The position numbers were made by a program, and so were the translations under genes. Below are positions 13,848-27,396 of a stretch of DNA of 64,000 nucleotides, one piece after another (positions within the stretch are counted from its first letter, which is position 1; the number at the start of each line of letters is the position of its first letter). The notes beneath the pieces were generated by a model that was given only the letters and a program-made list of their open reading frames with translations, searched no databases and was not told the DNA's origin. The DNA is taken from positions 21,204,001-21,268,000 of the forward strand of contig OZ024766.1 of assembly GCA_964016885.1 (NCBI GenBank), written 5' to 3'. Origin of the DNA: Eledone cirrhosa. Its lineage: Eukaryota.

Positions 13848-14048
13848 AATAAAGTACCAGTAATACACTGGGTATTTGCTGGCCTTGTGTCAATAGTAGA
13901 AACAACTATTTGTGTATATATATATATATATATACACACAAATAGTTGTTTTTACTTTTGGCACAAGGCCAGCAAATACCCAGTGTATTACTGGTACTTT
14001 ATTTTATTGACCCCGTAAGGCTGAAAGGCAAAATTATCCTAGGCGGGA
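13848..14048. mobile_element. Tail-to-tail inverted pair of OK-like SINE 3' fragments centred on (TA)n
   Basis: aataaagtaccagtaatacactgggtatttgctggccttgtg ... cacaaggccagcaaatacccagtgtattactggtactttatt. Confidence 0.8.
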
Positions 14049-14050
14049 TA

Positions 14051-14109
<59 letters not shown>

Positions 14110-14144
14110 ATATATATATATATTTATTAAAATAACAGATTAAA

Positions 14145-14215
<71 letters not shown>

Positions 14216-14552
14216 TGTAATACAAATAATAGAATTATATACAACACAAGAATGATAACTAAAGATTTGTTTATTGTTATATACATACATTTATATACAC
14301 ATATACATTATATTTATATATATATACATTATATATAAGTATATATATATACATTATATATAAGTATATATATATATACATTATATATAAGTATATATAT
14401 ATATACATTATATATATATATATATATATACATTATATATAAGTATATATATATATACATTATATATAAGTATATATATATATACATTATATATAAGTAT
14501 ATATATATATATACATTATATATAAGTATATATATATACATTAAATATATAA

Positions 14553-14588
<36 letters not shown>

Positions 14589-15038
14589 TATATATATAAA
14601 TATATATATATATACATTATATATAAGTATATATATATATATACACATTATATACATAAGTATATATATATATATATATGTACATTATGTATATAAGTGT
14701 ACATATATATATATGTATGTTAAGTATATATATAATATATAATATAAATATATATACATTTTATACACATATATAGTAGCATATATATGTGTATGTATAT
14801 ATACAATTATTTCTATATACATGTATACAAGAGGCTTTTGCGTTTATAAATATTCAATTTTTGGGGAGGCTTTCTTTTTTACATGTAATATCGCGGGGGG
14901 GGGGGGGGGAGAATCTGTGTGTACTGATAGAGAGGGGGGGGAGTGAGGGGGCTAGTTGGAAGAGAGAAGGGTAATGGTTTAGAAGTGGGACCAGGGTTTG
15001 TATGTGATTGACACTGCTGTGAACAAATTAACCTATGT

Positions 15039-15199
15039 TTAACCCTTTCGTTAACCATATTTCTAATTAAATAGGAGTCCTGTATTTTGATTAATTAATT
15101 AAGAATTTGGAGGGATTTACTAAAATTATTAATTATTTCATTACTAAGATACTAACTTAAAGTAGGTTCTTATGTAGAATTATGTTGGAAGGCTTTAAT
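15039..15199 (+). mobile_element. Diverged piggyBac-type MITE end, second family (TTAA CCCTTTCGTT...)
   Basis: ttaaccctttcgttaaccatatttctaa and ggttcttatgtagaattatgttggaagg match the reverse complement of the 96-bp array unit at 24.9-26.7 kb. Confidence 0.6.
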
Positions 15200-15203
15200 T
15201 TAA

Positions 15204-16360
15204 CCCTTTAGCATTTACATTACTCTATATATACTATTGTATTGTCACAGTAAAGGCTTTACCTCACATAATATCTCACATAGCATTTACATTACTCTAT
15301 ATATACTATTGTATTGTCACAGTAAAGGCTTTACCTCACATAATATCTCACATAACATTTACATTACTCTATATATACTATTGTATTGTCACAGTAAAGG
15401 CTTTACCTCACATAATACCTCACATAACATCTACATTACTCTATATATACTATTGTATTTTCACAGTAAAGGCTTTACCTCACATAATACCTCACATAAC
15501 ATTTACATTACTCTATATATACTATTGTATTGTCACAGTAAAGGCTTTACCTCACATAATATCTCACATAACATTTACATTACTCTATATATACTATTGT
15601 ATTGTCACAGTAAAGGCTTTACCTCACATAATACCTCACATAACATTTACATTACTCTATATATACTATTGTATTGTCACAGTAAAGGCTTTACCTCACA
15701 TAATACCTCACATAACATTTACATTACTCTATATATACTATTGTATTGTCACAGTAAAGGCTTTACCTCACATAATACCTCACATAACATTTACATTACT
15801 CTATATATACTATTGTATTGTCACAGTAAAGGCTTTACCTCAATAATACCTCACATAACATTTACATTACTCTATATATACTATTGTATTGTCACAGTAA
15901 AGGCTTTACCTCACATAATACCTCACATAACATTTACATTACTCTATATATACTATTGTATTGTCACAGTAAAGGCTTTACCTCACATAATACCTCACAT
16001 AACATTTACATTACTCTATATATACTATTGTATTGTCACAGTAAAGGCTTTACCTCACATAATATCTCACATAACATTTACATTACTCTATATATACTAT
16101 TGTATTGTCACAGTAAAGGCTTTACCTCACATAATACCTCACATAACATTTACATTACTCTATATATACTATTGTATTGTCACAGTAAAGGCTTTACCTC
16201 ACATAATATCTCACATAACATTTACATTACTCTATATATACTATTGTATTGTCACAGTAAAGGCTTTACCTCACATAATACCTCACATAACATTTACATT
16301 ACTCTATATATACTATTGTATTGTCACAGTAAAGGCTTTACCTCACATAATATCTCACCA
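15204..16360 (+). mobile_element. piggyBac-type MITE end with subterminal 72-bp tandem array (~16 copies)
   Basis: Starts TTAA|CCCTTTAGCATTTA. Unit catttacattactctatatatactattgtattgtcacagtaaaggctttacctcacataatatctcacataa. Confidence 0.85.
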
Positions 16361-16849
16361 TTAAGGGTGAAAGCAGCGATTCTTTGCTTAAACTTTAATC
16401 TGTTATTTTAATAAATATTTGCTCTACGGTTCTTATATATTTTATATATATTTATCCTTATCGAGCCCTCTTTGAATTTTAGTCTTCACATTTATTATTA
16501 TTACTATATATATATATGTATATATATGTGTATATATGTGTGTGTGTGTGTGTTGGGCTGTCAGAGAAGGTAAAAGGGTAAGGTTAATAAGGGAGTGGTT
16601 CACCCTGTATTGAGTGCACACACACAGAGCATCTCCTAAGATTATATACAGTAGTTTCGGGGAAACGGAGGGTACTTTCAGAGGAAAAATGGATGAAGAG
16701 CGAAGAGACGGTGTCCTAGCATTCTCTACGACAGCAGCTGAGATATTATGAAGACCGAGTTATAGCAGTGTTTTAGGGTGGAAAGCCATGGAAGGATTGG
16801 AGAAGGTAGATATGGTGTCCAGGGCTTACTTGAAAATGGTGGATATTTT

Positions 16850-16919
<70 letters not shown>

Positions 16920-17235
16920 CATATATATATGCACATGTATATATGTATATATACATTATATACATGTTATATATATATATATATACGTTATATACATATG
17001 TACACATATATATATATTTATATTATATATATACATTATATATCATATATATATATATATACACACACCTATGTGTGTATATATATCATATATATATATA
17101 CACACACCTGTGTGTATATATATCATATATATATATATATATATACACACACCTGTGTGTGTATATATATATATATATACACACACCTATGTGTGTATAT
17201 ATATACACACCTATGTGTATATATATATACACACC

Positions 17236-17266
<31 letters not shown>

Positions 17267-17549
17267 GATATAGAGGGTGAACGGGACTATTTCGTTCTTT
17301 GCTTCCTAGAAGTGGGCGTAACAATCAATGATAAGGCAGGCGTGGCTTTGGATTATGTTCTGTCAATCACGACATGGGAGTGGCTTGTGTTTGCATTGTT
17401 GATTAATCAGTATTCTCACTTCAACATTGGGCGGGGCTTGCATGTGAATTCATAGTCAGAGGGGGGTGGGAGGTTGTTCTCATTTCTGAGGGGGGAGGCG
17501 TGTCTTGCATTTGCTTTGTAGATGAGCTGGGTTCTTTCTCATATTAAAG

Positions 17550-18060
17550 GTGGGCGTGGCTTGCATTTGCATTTATAATTAGCTGGTTATTCTCATTTCA
17601 GAGATGGGTGTGGCTTGCATTTATAATTAGCTGTCCATACTTGTTTCAGAGATGGGTGTGGCTTGCATTTATAATTAGCTGGCTTTGCCCCTTTCAGAGG
17701 TGGGTGTGGCTTGCATTTATAATTAGCTGGCTTTGCCCCTTTCAGAGGTGGGTGTGGTTTGCATTTATAATTAGCTGGCTTTGCCCCTTTCAGAGGTGGG
17801 TGTGGCTTGCATTTATAATTAGCTGGCTTTGCCCCTTTCAGAGGTGGGTGTGGCTTGCATTTATAATTAGCTGGCTATGCCCCTTTCAGAGGTGGGTGTG
17901 GCTTGCATTTACAATCAGCTGGTTGTTTTCATTTCCGAGATGGGTGTGGTTTACATGTACATTTATAATCAGCCAGCTATTCTCATTTCAGAGGTGGGTG
18001 TAGCTTGCATTTATAATCAGCTGACTGTTGACATATCAGTGATGGGCGTGGCTTATATTT
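17550..18060. repeat. 48-bp tandem repeat carrying GGGTGTGG (~6 clean copies plus degenerate flanks)
   Basis: Unit gcttgcatttataattagctggctttgcccctttcagaggtgggtgtg. Confidence 0.9.
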
Positions 18061-19779
18061 GCATCTATATTCAGCTTGTCTTGTTAATTCAGCACTGTGT
18101 AATAAGGCTTATAGTATACTACACAATATATACTGCACCATACAACGGTGGTTTCAAAGTTGGGTGTGGTTGAAGCCAAAACTGAGGGCGGAGTCATAAT
18201 TTCTAACCCCTATAGTAGAGGGTAGGTGTGGCTAAAGCTGGCTATGATTGACAGTGGGCGTGACTAAAGCTGAATACTTTATGCTGATCCAGTGGTAAGG
18301 ATGGAGACAATAACTTGTAATAACCATAGTTGCTATTCGAGAAGGTGGGTGTTGTTTAAGCTAGCTATGATTGACAGTGGGCGTGGTTAAAGCTAGCTAT
18401 GACTCGCAGTGGGTGTGGTTAAAAGCTGAGTGTCATGCTGATCTGGAGGTAAGGGCGGAGTCATAACATGTAACAACTATAGCAGTGGTTGTGGTTTCAA
18501 CAGCTGGCTGCCCTTCCAAACACCAACCACTTTACAGAGTGTACTGGGTGCATGGTAGGTTCTGTTTGAATTGTAACAGGGAGGGACATGCCCATGACTT
18601 TTCCAATACTGAGATTTAAGTTCAGCTTAAATTGTGACAGGGTGGGACAGTGTCCGTGACTTTTCCACGTTTGAGGTTTTGGTACAGCTTAAATGGTTAC
18701 AAGGAGGGACAACGCCCATGTTTTTTTTTTTGTTTTTTTGCAAGCAAGTCCTTTCAAGAATGTTTGAAGGTTGTTTCGAAGCAGTTGTTTATGTTGAGTT
18801 TAAGTTATTTTAAAAGTCATCGACTCCTGTCGAGAAGGACTTCCAGTGGAAGGGTTAAAGTTGCAATGAGATGACATACTGGGGTGGAAGGAGTGGATGA
18901 TGTTGTTAGTGTGTGTAGGGTGGGGGAGAGGAGGGAATGAGGACTGATGCGTGGCAGTGGGGGTGAGGGGATGTGTGGCGGCTTTGGGGATGGGAGTGGA
19001 CATGATACGGGTGCTGAGATGTGTAGCGAAGCATGAATGACATGACGGGGTGGGGGTGCTGGGGGTTGTTGTCATGGTAGCAGCATCGAGAGAAAGGGGG
19101 GGTGGACACGACAGCTCGGAGGGGTTCCTGCAGTGGTGTCGCGTGGAAGCAGGAATGACATAACGGGGAGGGGGTGGGGTGGGGGGGGGGGGGGGCTGTG
19201 GTGCTGGTGGTTGTTGTTGTCATGGTAGCAGCATCGACAGGAATAGGATGGCAGACATACAGCTCAGAGGTGATGGTGGCGGTGGTGGTGGTGTAGCATA
19301 GGAGTAACAATGACACGAGGTGGTGGCGGTGATAATTGCTGTTACTGTTTTTGTTGTTGTCATGGCAGCAGCATCGATACGAGGGGGGGGAGGAGGGGGC
19401 GGGGGCGGATCAGAGGTTGCCATGGTAAGAAAATGGTGGACAGAGAGGAGAAGGTGGAGGAGGTGATGATGATGATGGAAGTGGTGGTGGTGGTTACTGT
19501 TGGTGTTGACCGTCGTCATGGCAACAGCATCGCTACGAGTGTTGGCTGGCGGATCGCAGGTTTCCACGGTAACAAAATGGTGGCGTCGCCGAGGGGAACG
19601 AGATTGACACGAGGTGGTGGTGGTGGTGGTGGTGGGTGTTGGAAGTGGTTACTCTTGTTGTTGTTGTCATGGTAGCAGCATCGTCGCGGAGGCGGTGGGG
19701 GGGGGGTATCGGCCACAGGCGGGGAGGGGGGCTCGTCGGTTCCCATGGTAACAAAATGGTGGAGCGGAGGCTGGTCTGT

Positions 19780-19803
19780 TCAAACTATGCGTATCACTTT
19801 TAT
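19780..19803 (-). CDS. CTTNBP2NL: Probable terminal coding exon of CTTNBP2NL-like gene (IKVIRIV*)
   Basis: Strong acceptor tctttccttatcctccgtctgcttctttcgttgcAG, then ATA AAA GTG ATA CGC ATA GTT TGA. Phase 0 is compatible with the donor after 33438. Confidence 0.55.
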   Translation of the reverse strand: MKVIRIV

Positions 19804-19847
19804 CTGCAACGAAAGAAGCAGACGGAGGATAAGGAAAGACAGTATAG

Positions 19848-20698
19848 GTGGTGGTGGTGGTGGTGTTGTTGTAGTGGTGGTAGTGGTGTTGTAGGAGTTG
19901 TGGTGGTGGTAGTGTTGTAGTAGTGGTGGCGGTGGTGGTAGTGGTGTTGTAGTTGTAGTAATGGTGGTGTTGTAGTTGTGGTAGTAGTGGTGGTGGTGTC
20001 GTAGTTGTAGTAATGGTGGTGTTGTAGTTGTAGTAGTGGTGGTGTTGTAGTTGTAGTAGTGGTGGTGGTGTTGTAGTTGTGGTAGTAGTGGTGGTGGTGT
20101 CGTAGTTGTAGTAATGGTGGTGTTGTAGTTGTAGTAGTGGTGGTGTTCTAGTTGTAGTAGTGGTGGTGGTGTTGTAGTTGTGGTAGTAGTGGTGGTGGTG
20201 TCGTAGTTGTAGTAATGGTGGTGGTGGTGTTGTAGTTGTGGTAGTAGTGGTGGTGGTGTTGTAGTTGTGGTAGTAGTGGTGTTGTTATAGTTGTAGTAAT
20301 GGTGGTGGTGATGTAGTTATAGTTGTAATGGTGGTGGTAGTGGTGTTGTAGTAGTTGTGGGGGTGGTGTTGTAGTTGTGGTAGTAGTAGTGTTGTTGTAG
20401 TGGTGGTGTTGTAGTTGTAGTTGTAATAGTTGTGGTAGTAGTGGTGTTGTTGTAGTGGTGGTGGTGGTGTTGTAGTTGTAGTAGTGGTGTTGTAGTTGTG
20501 GTAGTGGTGTTGTAGTAGTTGTGGTAATGGTAGTAGTGGTGGTGGTGTTGTAGTTGTGGTAGTAGTGGTGATGGTAGTAGTCGTTGTAGTTGCGGTGGTA
20601 GTTGTGGTAATGGTAGTAGTGGTGTTAGCAGTTTAGGTAGTAGTGGTGGTGTGGTGTTCGTGATAGTGATGATGATGATGATAGTGGTGGTGGTGGTA
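19848..20698. repeat. Compound (GTG/GTA/GTT)n trinucleotide repeat
   Basis: Continuous gtg/gta/gtt triplets. Confidence 0.95.
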
Positions 20699-21114
20699 TG
20701 GGCGAGGCTGATTATGACTAAGAATCACACTAACCCCACACAAGGCTGCGGAATACTCAACCAGTTACACGTAAATCCACAAAGTGTTTCGGACTGCTAT
20801 TTCTAGCATCTCGAATGACCGTGCAGAGCCTTCTAGCAGCGGGAGATAACTCTGGATAGATATTTTAACCTTATACAGATTTCATAAATTACTTCCCTTG
20901 AAAATTTAATTTCTTTTGACCATATATAGCGCTTTTACGACTGAAAGCGTTCCAAATACGACCGTCTCGACTTTTAATTGTGGCATAGTCCACCTAGGAC
21001 TACATTATATAGTGTATCATTGCACAGGCTTGTGGTTCGTTCAATAAGTGTAAAAAAAAAAATCAGTGAATCGTTCCAGGCGCGACCATCCCGTGCGAGC
21101 CTTTGTCATATAGT

Positions 21115-22662
21115 TGCTGTTTAGCCCTAGGTCAGATTTAATCCTGTTGTCAGACCTACGATCAAACATGTTCTGGATCTGACCATCTAATTTTTTATTC
21201 AGACACAGTGTACCTAGGACTACATTATCTAATGTACAGTACAGTAGTTAGTATTAGTGGCTATCAGACATAGTGTATCTAGGACTACATTATCTAATGT
21301 ACAGTACAGTAGTTAGTATTAGTGGCTATCAGACATAGTATATCTAGGACTACATTATCTAATGTACAGTACAGTAGTTAGTATTAGTGGCTATCAGACA
21401 TAGTGTATCTAGGACTACACTATCTAATGTACAGTACAGTAGTTAGTATTAGTGGTTATCAGACATAGTGTATCTAGGACTACATTATCTAATGTACAGT
21501 ACAGTAGTTAGTATTAGTAGCTATCAGACATAGTGTACCTAGGACTACATTATCTAATGTACAGTACAGTAGTTAGTATTAGTGGCTATCAGACATAGTA
21601 TATCTAGGACTACATTATCTAATGTACAGTACAGTAGTTAGTATTAGTGGCTATCAGACATAGTATATCTAGGACTACATTATCTAATGTACAGTACAGT
21701 AGTTAGTATTAGTGGCTATCAGACATAGTGTATCTAGGACTACATTATCTAATGTACAGTACAGTAGTTAGTATTAGTAGCTATCAGACATAGTGTACCT
21801 AGGACTACATTATCTAATGTACAGTACAGTAGTTAGTATTAGTGGCTATCAGACATAGTATATCTAGGACTACATTATCTAATGTACAGTACAGTAGTTA
21901 GTATTAGTGGCTATCAGACATAGTATATCTAGGACTACATTATCTAATGTACAGTACAGTAGTTAGTATTAGTGGCTATCAGACATAGTGTATCTAGGAC
22001 TACACTATCTAATGTACAGTACAGTAGTTAGTATTAGTGGCTATCAGACATAGTGTATCTAGGACTACATTATCTAATGTACAGTACAGTAGTTAGTATT
22101 AGTGGCTATCAAACAGTGTATCTAGGACTACATTATCTAATGTACAGTACAGTAGTTAGTATTAGTGGCTATCAGACATAGTGTATCTAGGACTACATTA
22201 TCTAATGTACAGTACAGTAGTTAGTATTAGTGGCTATCAGACATAGTATATCTAGGACTACATTATCTAATGTACAATACAGTAGTTAGTATTAGTGGCT
22301 ATCAGACATAGTGTATCTAGGACTACATTATCTAATGTACAGTACAGTAGTTAGTATTAGTGGCTATCAGACATAGTGTATCTAGGACTACATTATCTAA
22401 TGTACAGTACAGTAGTTAGTATTAGTGGCTATCAGATATAGTATATCTAGGACTACATTATCTAATGTACAGTATAGTAGTTAGTATTAGTAGCTATCAG
22501 ACATAGTGTATCTAGGACTACATTATCTAATGTACAGTAGTTAGTATTAGTAGCTATCAGACATAGTGTATCTAGGACTACATTATATAATGTACAGTAC
22601 AGTAGTTAGTATTAGTGGCTATCAGATATAGTATATCTAGGATTACATTATCTAATGTACAG
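21115..22662. repeat. 65-bp minisatellite (~22 copies) attached to a SINE-tail-like leader
   Basis: Unit tcagacatagtgtatctaggactacattatctaatgtacagtacagtagttagtattagtggcta. The leader tttagccctaggtcag...gacctacgatcaaa is shared with the 51-kb array. Confidence 0.92.
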
Positions 22663-23044
22663 TCAGTTCATTTCAATATACATGCATGTGCATCCATTAT
22701 ATACACACATGCCTATATATATATATACTTATACATATATATATATATACAGACACATATATATATATACAGTCTATTGTAGTTTGCCTGAACCATTATA
22801 GAATAAATAAAATTATTTGTGTTAGAGAAGCTGCTACGAAGCAGATGGCATAGTAAATATTCAGGCAACATTCTCAGATGAAGAAATGATTGAGGCACAG
22901 AAAGGTCCTCTCCGACAATGGATGGTATGTTCAAAATATTAGGAACTGTAAATATTTGTAAGGTAACGTTATTTTTGCTGCTTTCTTTTCATCTTCTGGT
23001 CCCCACCCCTTCCATTTCTTCACCCTCATTCTGTTGCTAGAATA

Positions 23045-23078
<34 letters not shown>

Positions 23079-23968
23079 TATGTGTAAATATATACACTTA
23101 CATGTACATATATACACACACACACACATATATATATGCATATACATATATACATATGTGTTTGTATATAAAAATATATGTAACCCTCTCAATGTTGGTT
23201 ATTGTATAAATCATGACTATATATGTATGTATATATTTATACACACATATATGTTCATATACCAATATCTATATATATAAATATGTACACACACACACAC
23301 ACACATATATATATTTATGTATATATGAATATGTATATATATATATATATATTTGTGTAATATATATATATGTACAGATGTATATATATATATATAAATA
23401 TATATATACACATACATACATACTCAATTTGTTGTGGCTTTGGGGCAACCAAGAAGCAACTTTGAGGCAACTGAGGCAATTTTTACACAAACAAATGCAA
23501 TGTCAGAAAATTAAACCATGGTACAACTCAAAAGCAATCTAGAAGCAACTCAGAGGTGGCAACTACCAGGCAATTTATGAAACATCGGCAACTACTTTGC
23601 AACTTTAATCGCCTCATGCTAAGCAATCTAGAAGAAACTCCGAGGCAACTCTAAGGCAATATACATGATTGATGAAAGTTGGAAGCAACTACTTTAAAAT
23701 TTAGTTGTCTCCTTCTTCACAATGAACTTTGAAGCAATCCAGACAGAACGCTTGGGCAACTGGGAAGCAATATTTTGGTAAGAATGAAAATCCTTGTTAT
23801 ATTACAATGGCAATGAAGAAGCAACTTTAGGACTGTTTAGAGGCAACTTTGAAGCAATCCGTGGCTTCCTTGAGGCAATTTGGAAGCATTATTTAAAATA
23901 AACAGTACAGCGGGGGAAATAGAGTCTTGTTTAAGGTGGAGTTTGTGTTGGGGTGGTGTCTTTTTTAA

Positions 23969-24626
23969 CCCTTTAGCATTTAAACCTGCCAAATCCGGCT
24001 AGAATTTTCTCACCTCTTCCAGTTCAAACTGGCTGGAACCAGCCACTCATGCTTATGTTAAGGTATTGTTCTTAAAATAAATAATATAATATCAAAATCT
24101 CATAGATTCGATATTATGTCAGATAATTATGTGAGGTAAAGCCTTTACTGCGACAATACAATAGTATATATAGAGTAATGTAAATATTATGTGAGGTAAA
24201 GCCTTTACTGTGACAATACAATAGTATATATAGAGTAATGTAAATGTTATGTGAAGTAAAGCCTTTACTGTGACAATACAATAGTATATATAGAGTAATG
24301 TAAATGTTATGTGAGGTAAAGCCTTTACTGTGACAATACAATAGTATATATAGAGTAATGTAAATGTTATGTGAGGTAAAGCCTTTACTGTGACAATACA
24401 ATAGTATATATAGAGTAATGTAAATGTTATGTGAGGTAAAGCCTTTACTGTGACAATACAATAGTATATATAGAGTAATGTAAATGTTATGTGAGATATT
24501 ATGTGAGGTAAAGCCTTTACTGTGACAATACAATAGTATATATAGAGTAATGTAAATGTTATGTGAGGTAAAGCCTTTACTGTGACAATACAATAGTATA
24601 TATAGAGTAATGTAAATGGTAAAGGG
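23969..24626 (-). mobile_element. Complete piggyBac-type MITE with TTAA TSDs, 14-bp TIRs and internal 60/72-bp array (~8 copies)
   Basis: TTAA(23965-68) CCCTTTAGCATTTA ... TAAATGGTAAAGGG TTAA(24627-30); one mismatch in the TIR. Confidence 0.88.
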
Positions 24627-24790
24627 TTAAGATGGAGTTGTGGTAGGGTGGTGTGATGTTTTGCCCAAGATAGCCAGATAGGGAGAGAAACAAACAGACA
24701 GACACCTAAATGAAATTTATACATAAGATTTTACTTACACATAATCCTATAATATTAATTGATGAAGAGCAACAGAGGGAGAGAGAGAGA

Positions 24791-26722
24791 GAACCTTTGT
24801 TAAGTTATGTTCCAAATACCAACTAAATGATGAGAAAGTTGGTTTTTTATAATACTAAATCCCCTAAAATTATTTGAAAGCCATAGACAGTGTCTTCCAT
24901 TAGAAATATGGTAATGAAAGGGTTAACGTGTTTATATTTATCTAAAAACATTCAATCATAATTTTATGTAAGAACCTTTGTTAAGTTATGTTCCATTAGA
25001 AATATGGTAATGAAAGGGTTAAAGTGTTTATATTTATCTAAAAACCTTCCATCATAATTTTATGTAAGAACCTTTGTTAAGTTATGTTCCATTACAAATA
25101 TGGTAATGAAAGGGTTAACGTGTTTATATTTATCTAAAAACCTTCAATCATAATTTTATGCAAGAACCTTTGTTAAGTTATGTTCCATTAGAAATATGGT
25201 AGTGAAAGGGTTAACGTGTTTATATTTATCTAAAAACCTTCCATCATAATTTTATGGAAGAACCTTTAAGTTAAGTTATGTTCCATTAGAAATATGGTAG
25301 TGAAAGGGTTAAAGTGTTTATATTTATCTAAAAACCTTCCATCATAATTTTATGTAAGAACCTTTGTTAAGTTATGTTCCATTAGAAATATGGTAATGAA
25401 AGGGTTAAAGTGTTTATATTTATCTAAAAACCTTCCATCATAATTTTATGTAAGAACCTTTCTTAAGTTATATTCCATTAGAAATATGGTAATGAAAGGG
25501 TTAACGTGTTTATATTTATCTAAAAACCTTCCATCATAATTTTATAAGAACCTTTGTTAAGTTATGTTCCATTAGAAATATGGTAATGAAAGGGTTAAAG
25601 TGTTTATATTTATCTAAAAACCTTCCATCATAATTTTATGTAAGAACCTTTGTTAAGTTATGTTCCATTAGAAATATGGTAACGAAAGGGTTAAAGTGTT
25701 TATATTTATCTAAAAACCTTCCATCATAATTTTATAAGAACCTTTGTTAAGTTATGTTCCATTAGAAATATGGTAGTGAAAGGGTTAAAGTGTTTATATT
25801 TATCTAAAAACCTTCCATCATAATTTTATGTAAGAACCTTTGTTAAGTTATATTCCATTACAAATATGTTAATGAAAGGGTTAAAGTGTTTATATTTATC
25901 TAAAAACCTTCCATCATAATTTTATGTAAGAACCTTTGTTAAGTTATATTCCATTAGAAATATGGTAATGAAAGGGTTAAAGTGTTTATATTTATCTAAA
26001 AACCTTCCATCATAATTTTATGTAAGAACCTTTGTTAAGTTATGTTCCATTAGAAATATGGTAATGAAAGGGTTAAAGTGTTTATATTTATCTAAAAACC
26101 TTCCATCATAATTTTATGTAAGAACCTTTGTTAAGTTATGTCCCATTAGAAATATGGTAATGAAAGGGTTAACGTGTTTATATTTATCTAAAAACCTTCC
26201 ATCATAATTTTATGTAAGAACCTTTGTTAAGTTATGTTCCATTACAAATATGGTAATGAAAGGGTTAAAGTGTTTATATTTATCTAAAAACCTTCCATCA
26301 TAATTTTATGTAAGAACCTTTCTTAAGTTATATTCCATTAGAAATATGGTAATGAAAGGGTTAAAGTGTTTATATTTATCTAAAAACCTTCCATCATAAT
26401 TTTATGTAAGAACCTTTGTTAAGTTATGTTCCATTAGAAATATGGTAATGAAAGGGTTAAAGTGTTTATATTTATCTAAAAACCTTCCATCATAATTTTA
26501 TGTAAGAACCTTTCTTAAGTTATGTTCCATTAGAAATATGGTAACGAAAGGGTTAAAGTGTTTATATTTATCTAAAAGCCTTCCATCATAATTTTATGTA
26601 AGAACCTTTGTTAAGTTATATTCCATTACAAATATGGTAATGAAAGGGTTAAAGTGTTTATATTTATCTAAAAACCTTCCATCATAATTTTATGTAAGAA
26701 CCTTTCTTAAGTTATGTTCCAT
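24791..26722 (-). repeat. 96-bp minisatellite (~19 copies) containing a piggyBac-like terminus (GAAAGGG TTAA) in every unit
   Basis: Unit ttagaaatatggtaatgaaagggttaaagtgtttatatttatctaaaaaccttccatcataattttatgtaagaacctttgttaagttatgttcca. Confidence 0.92.
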
Positions 26723-27198
26723 AACTTCGTTAAACGAAGATGATGATGATGTTATACGCACACATAGAGATGTAGTGACTCTGGTTAAAGGTTTTGAATG
26801 ATAAATTATCCCCAGTTATAAACGGAAGGCAGCTGCATTAGAGGAAGACTGGGGATGATGTGCAAAGAGTTGATATCAAATAGCTTGGCTATGCAGTGAG
26901 TGTACAGAGAGGATTGTGGTGCAAAAGATCTAAACAACCCATCCAACATGAAATAGAGGGACTTTAGTGTCTGATATGGGTATATATATATATATATATG
27001 GGTATATATATATATATGTATATGTATATATATATGGGTATATATATATATATGTAGATATATATATATGTATGTATATATATATATATGTATGTATATA
27101 TATATATATGTATGTATATATATATATATATGTATGTATATATATATATGTATGTATATATATATATATAAACATATAGATACATATATATGTATATA

Positions 27199-27231
<33 letters not shown>

Positions 27232-27270
27232 GTGTATATATGTGTATATATATATATATGTGTATATATA

Positions 27271-27329
<59 letters not shown>

Positions 27330-27350
27330 GTGTGTATATATATATACATG

Positions 27351-27396
<46 letters not shown>

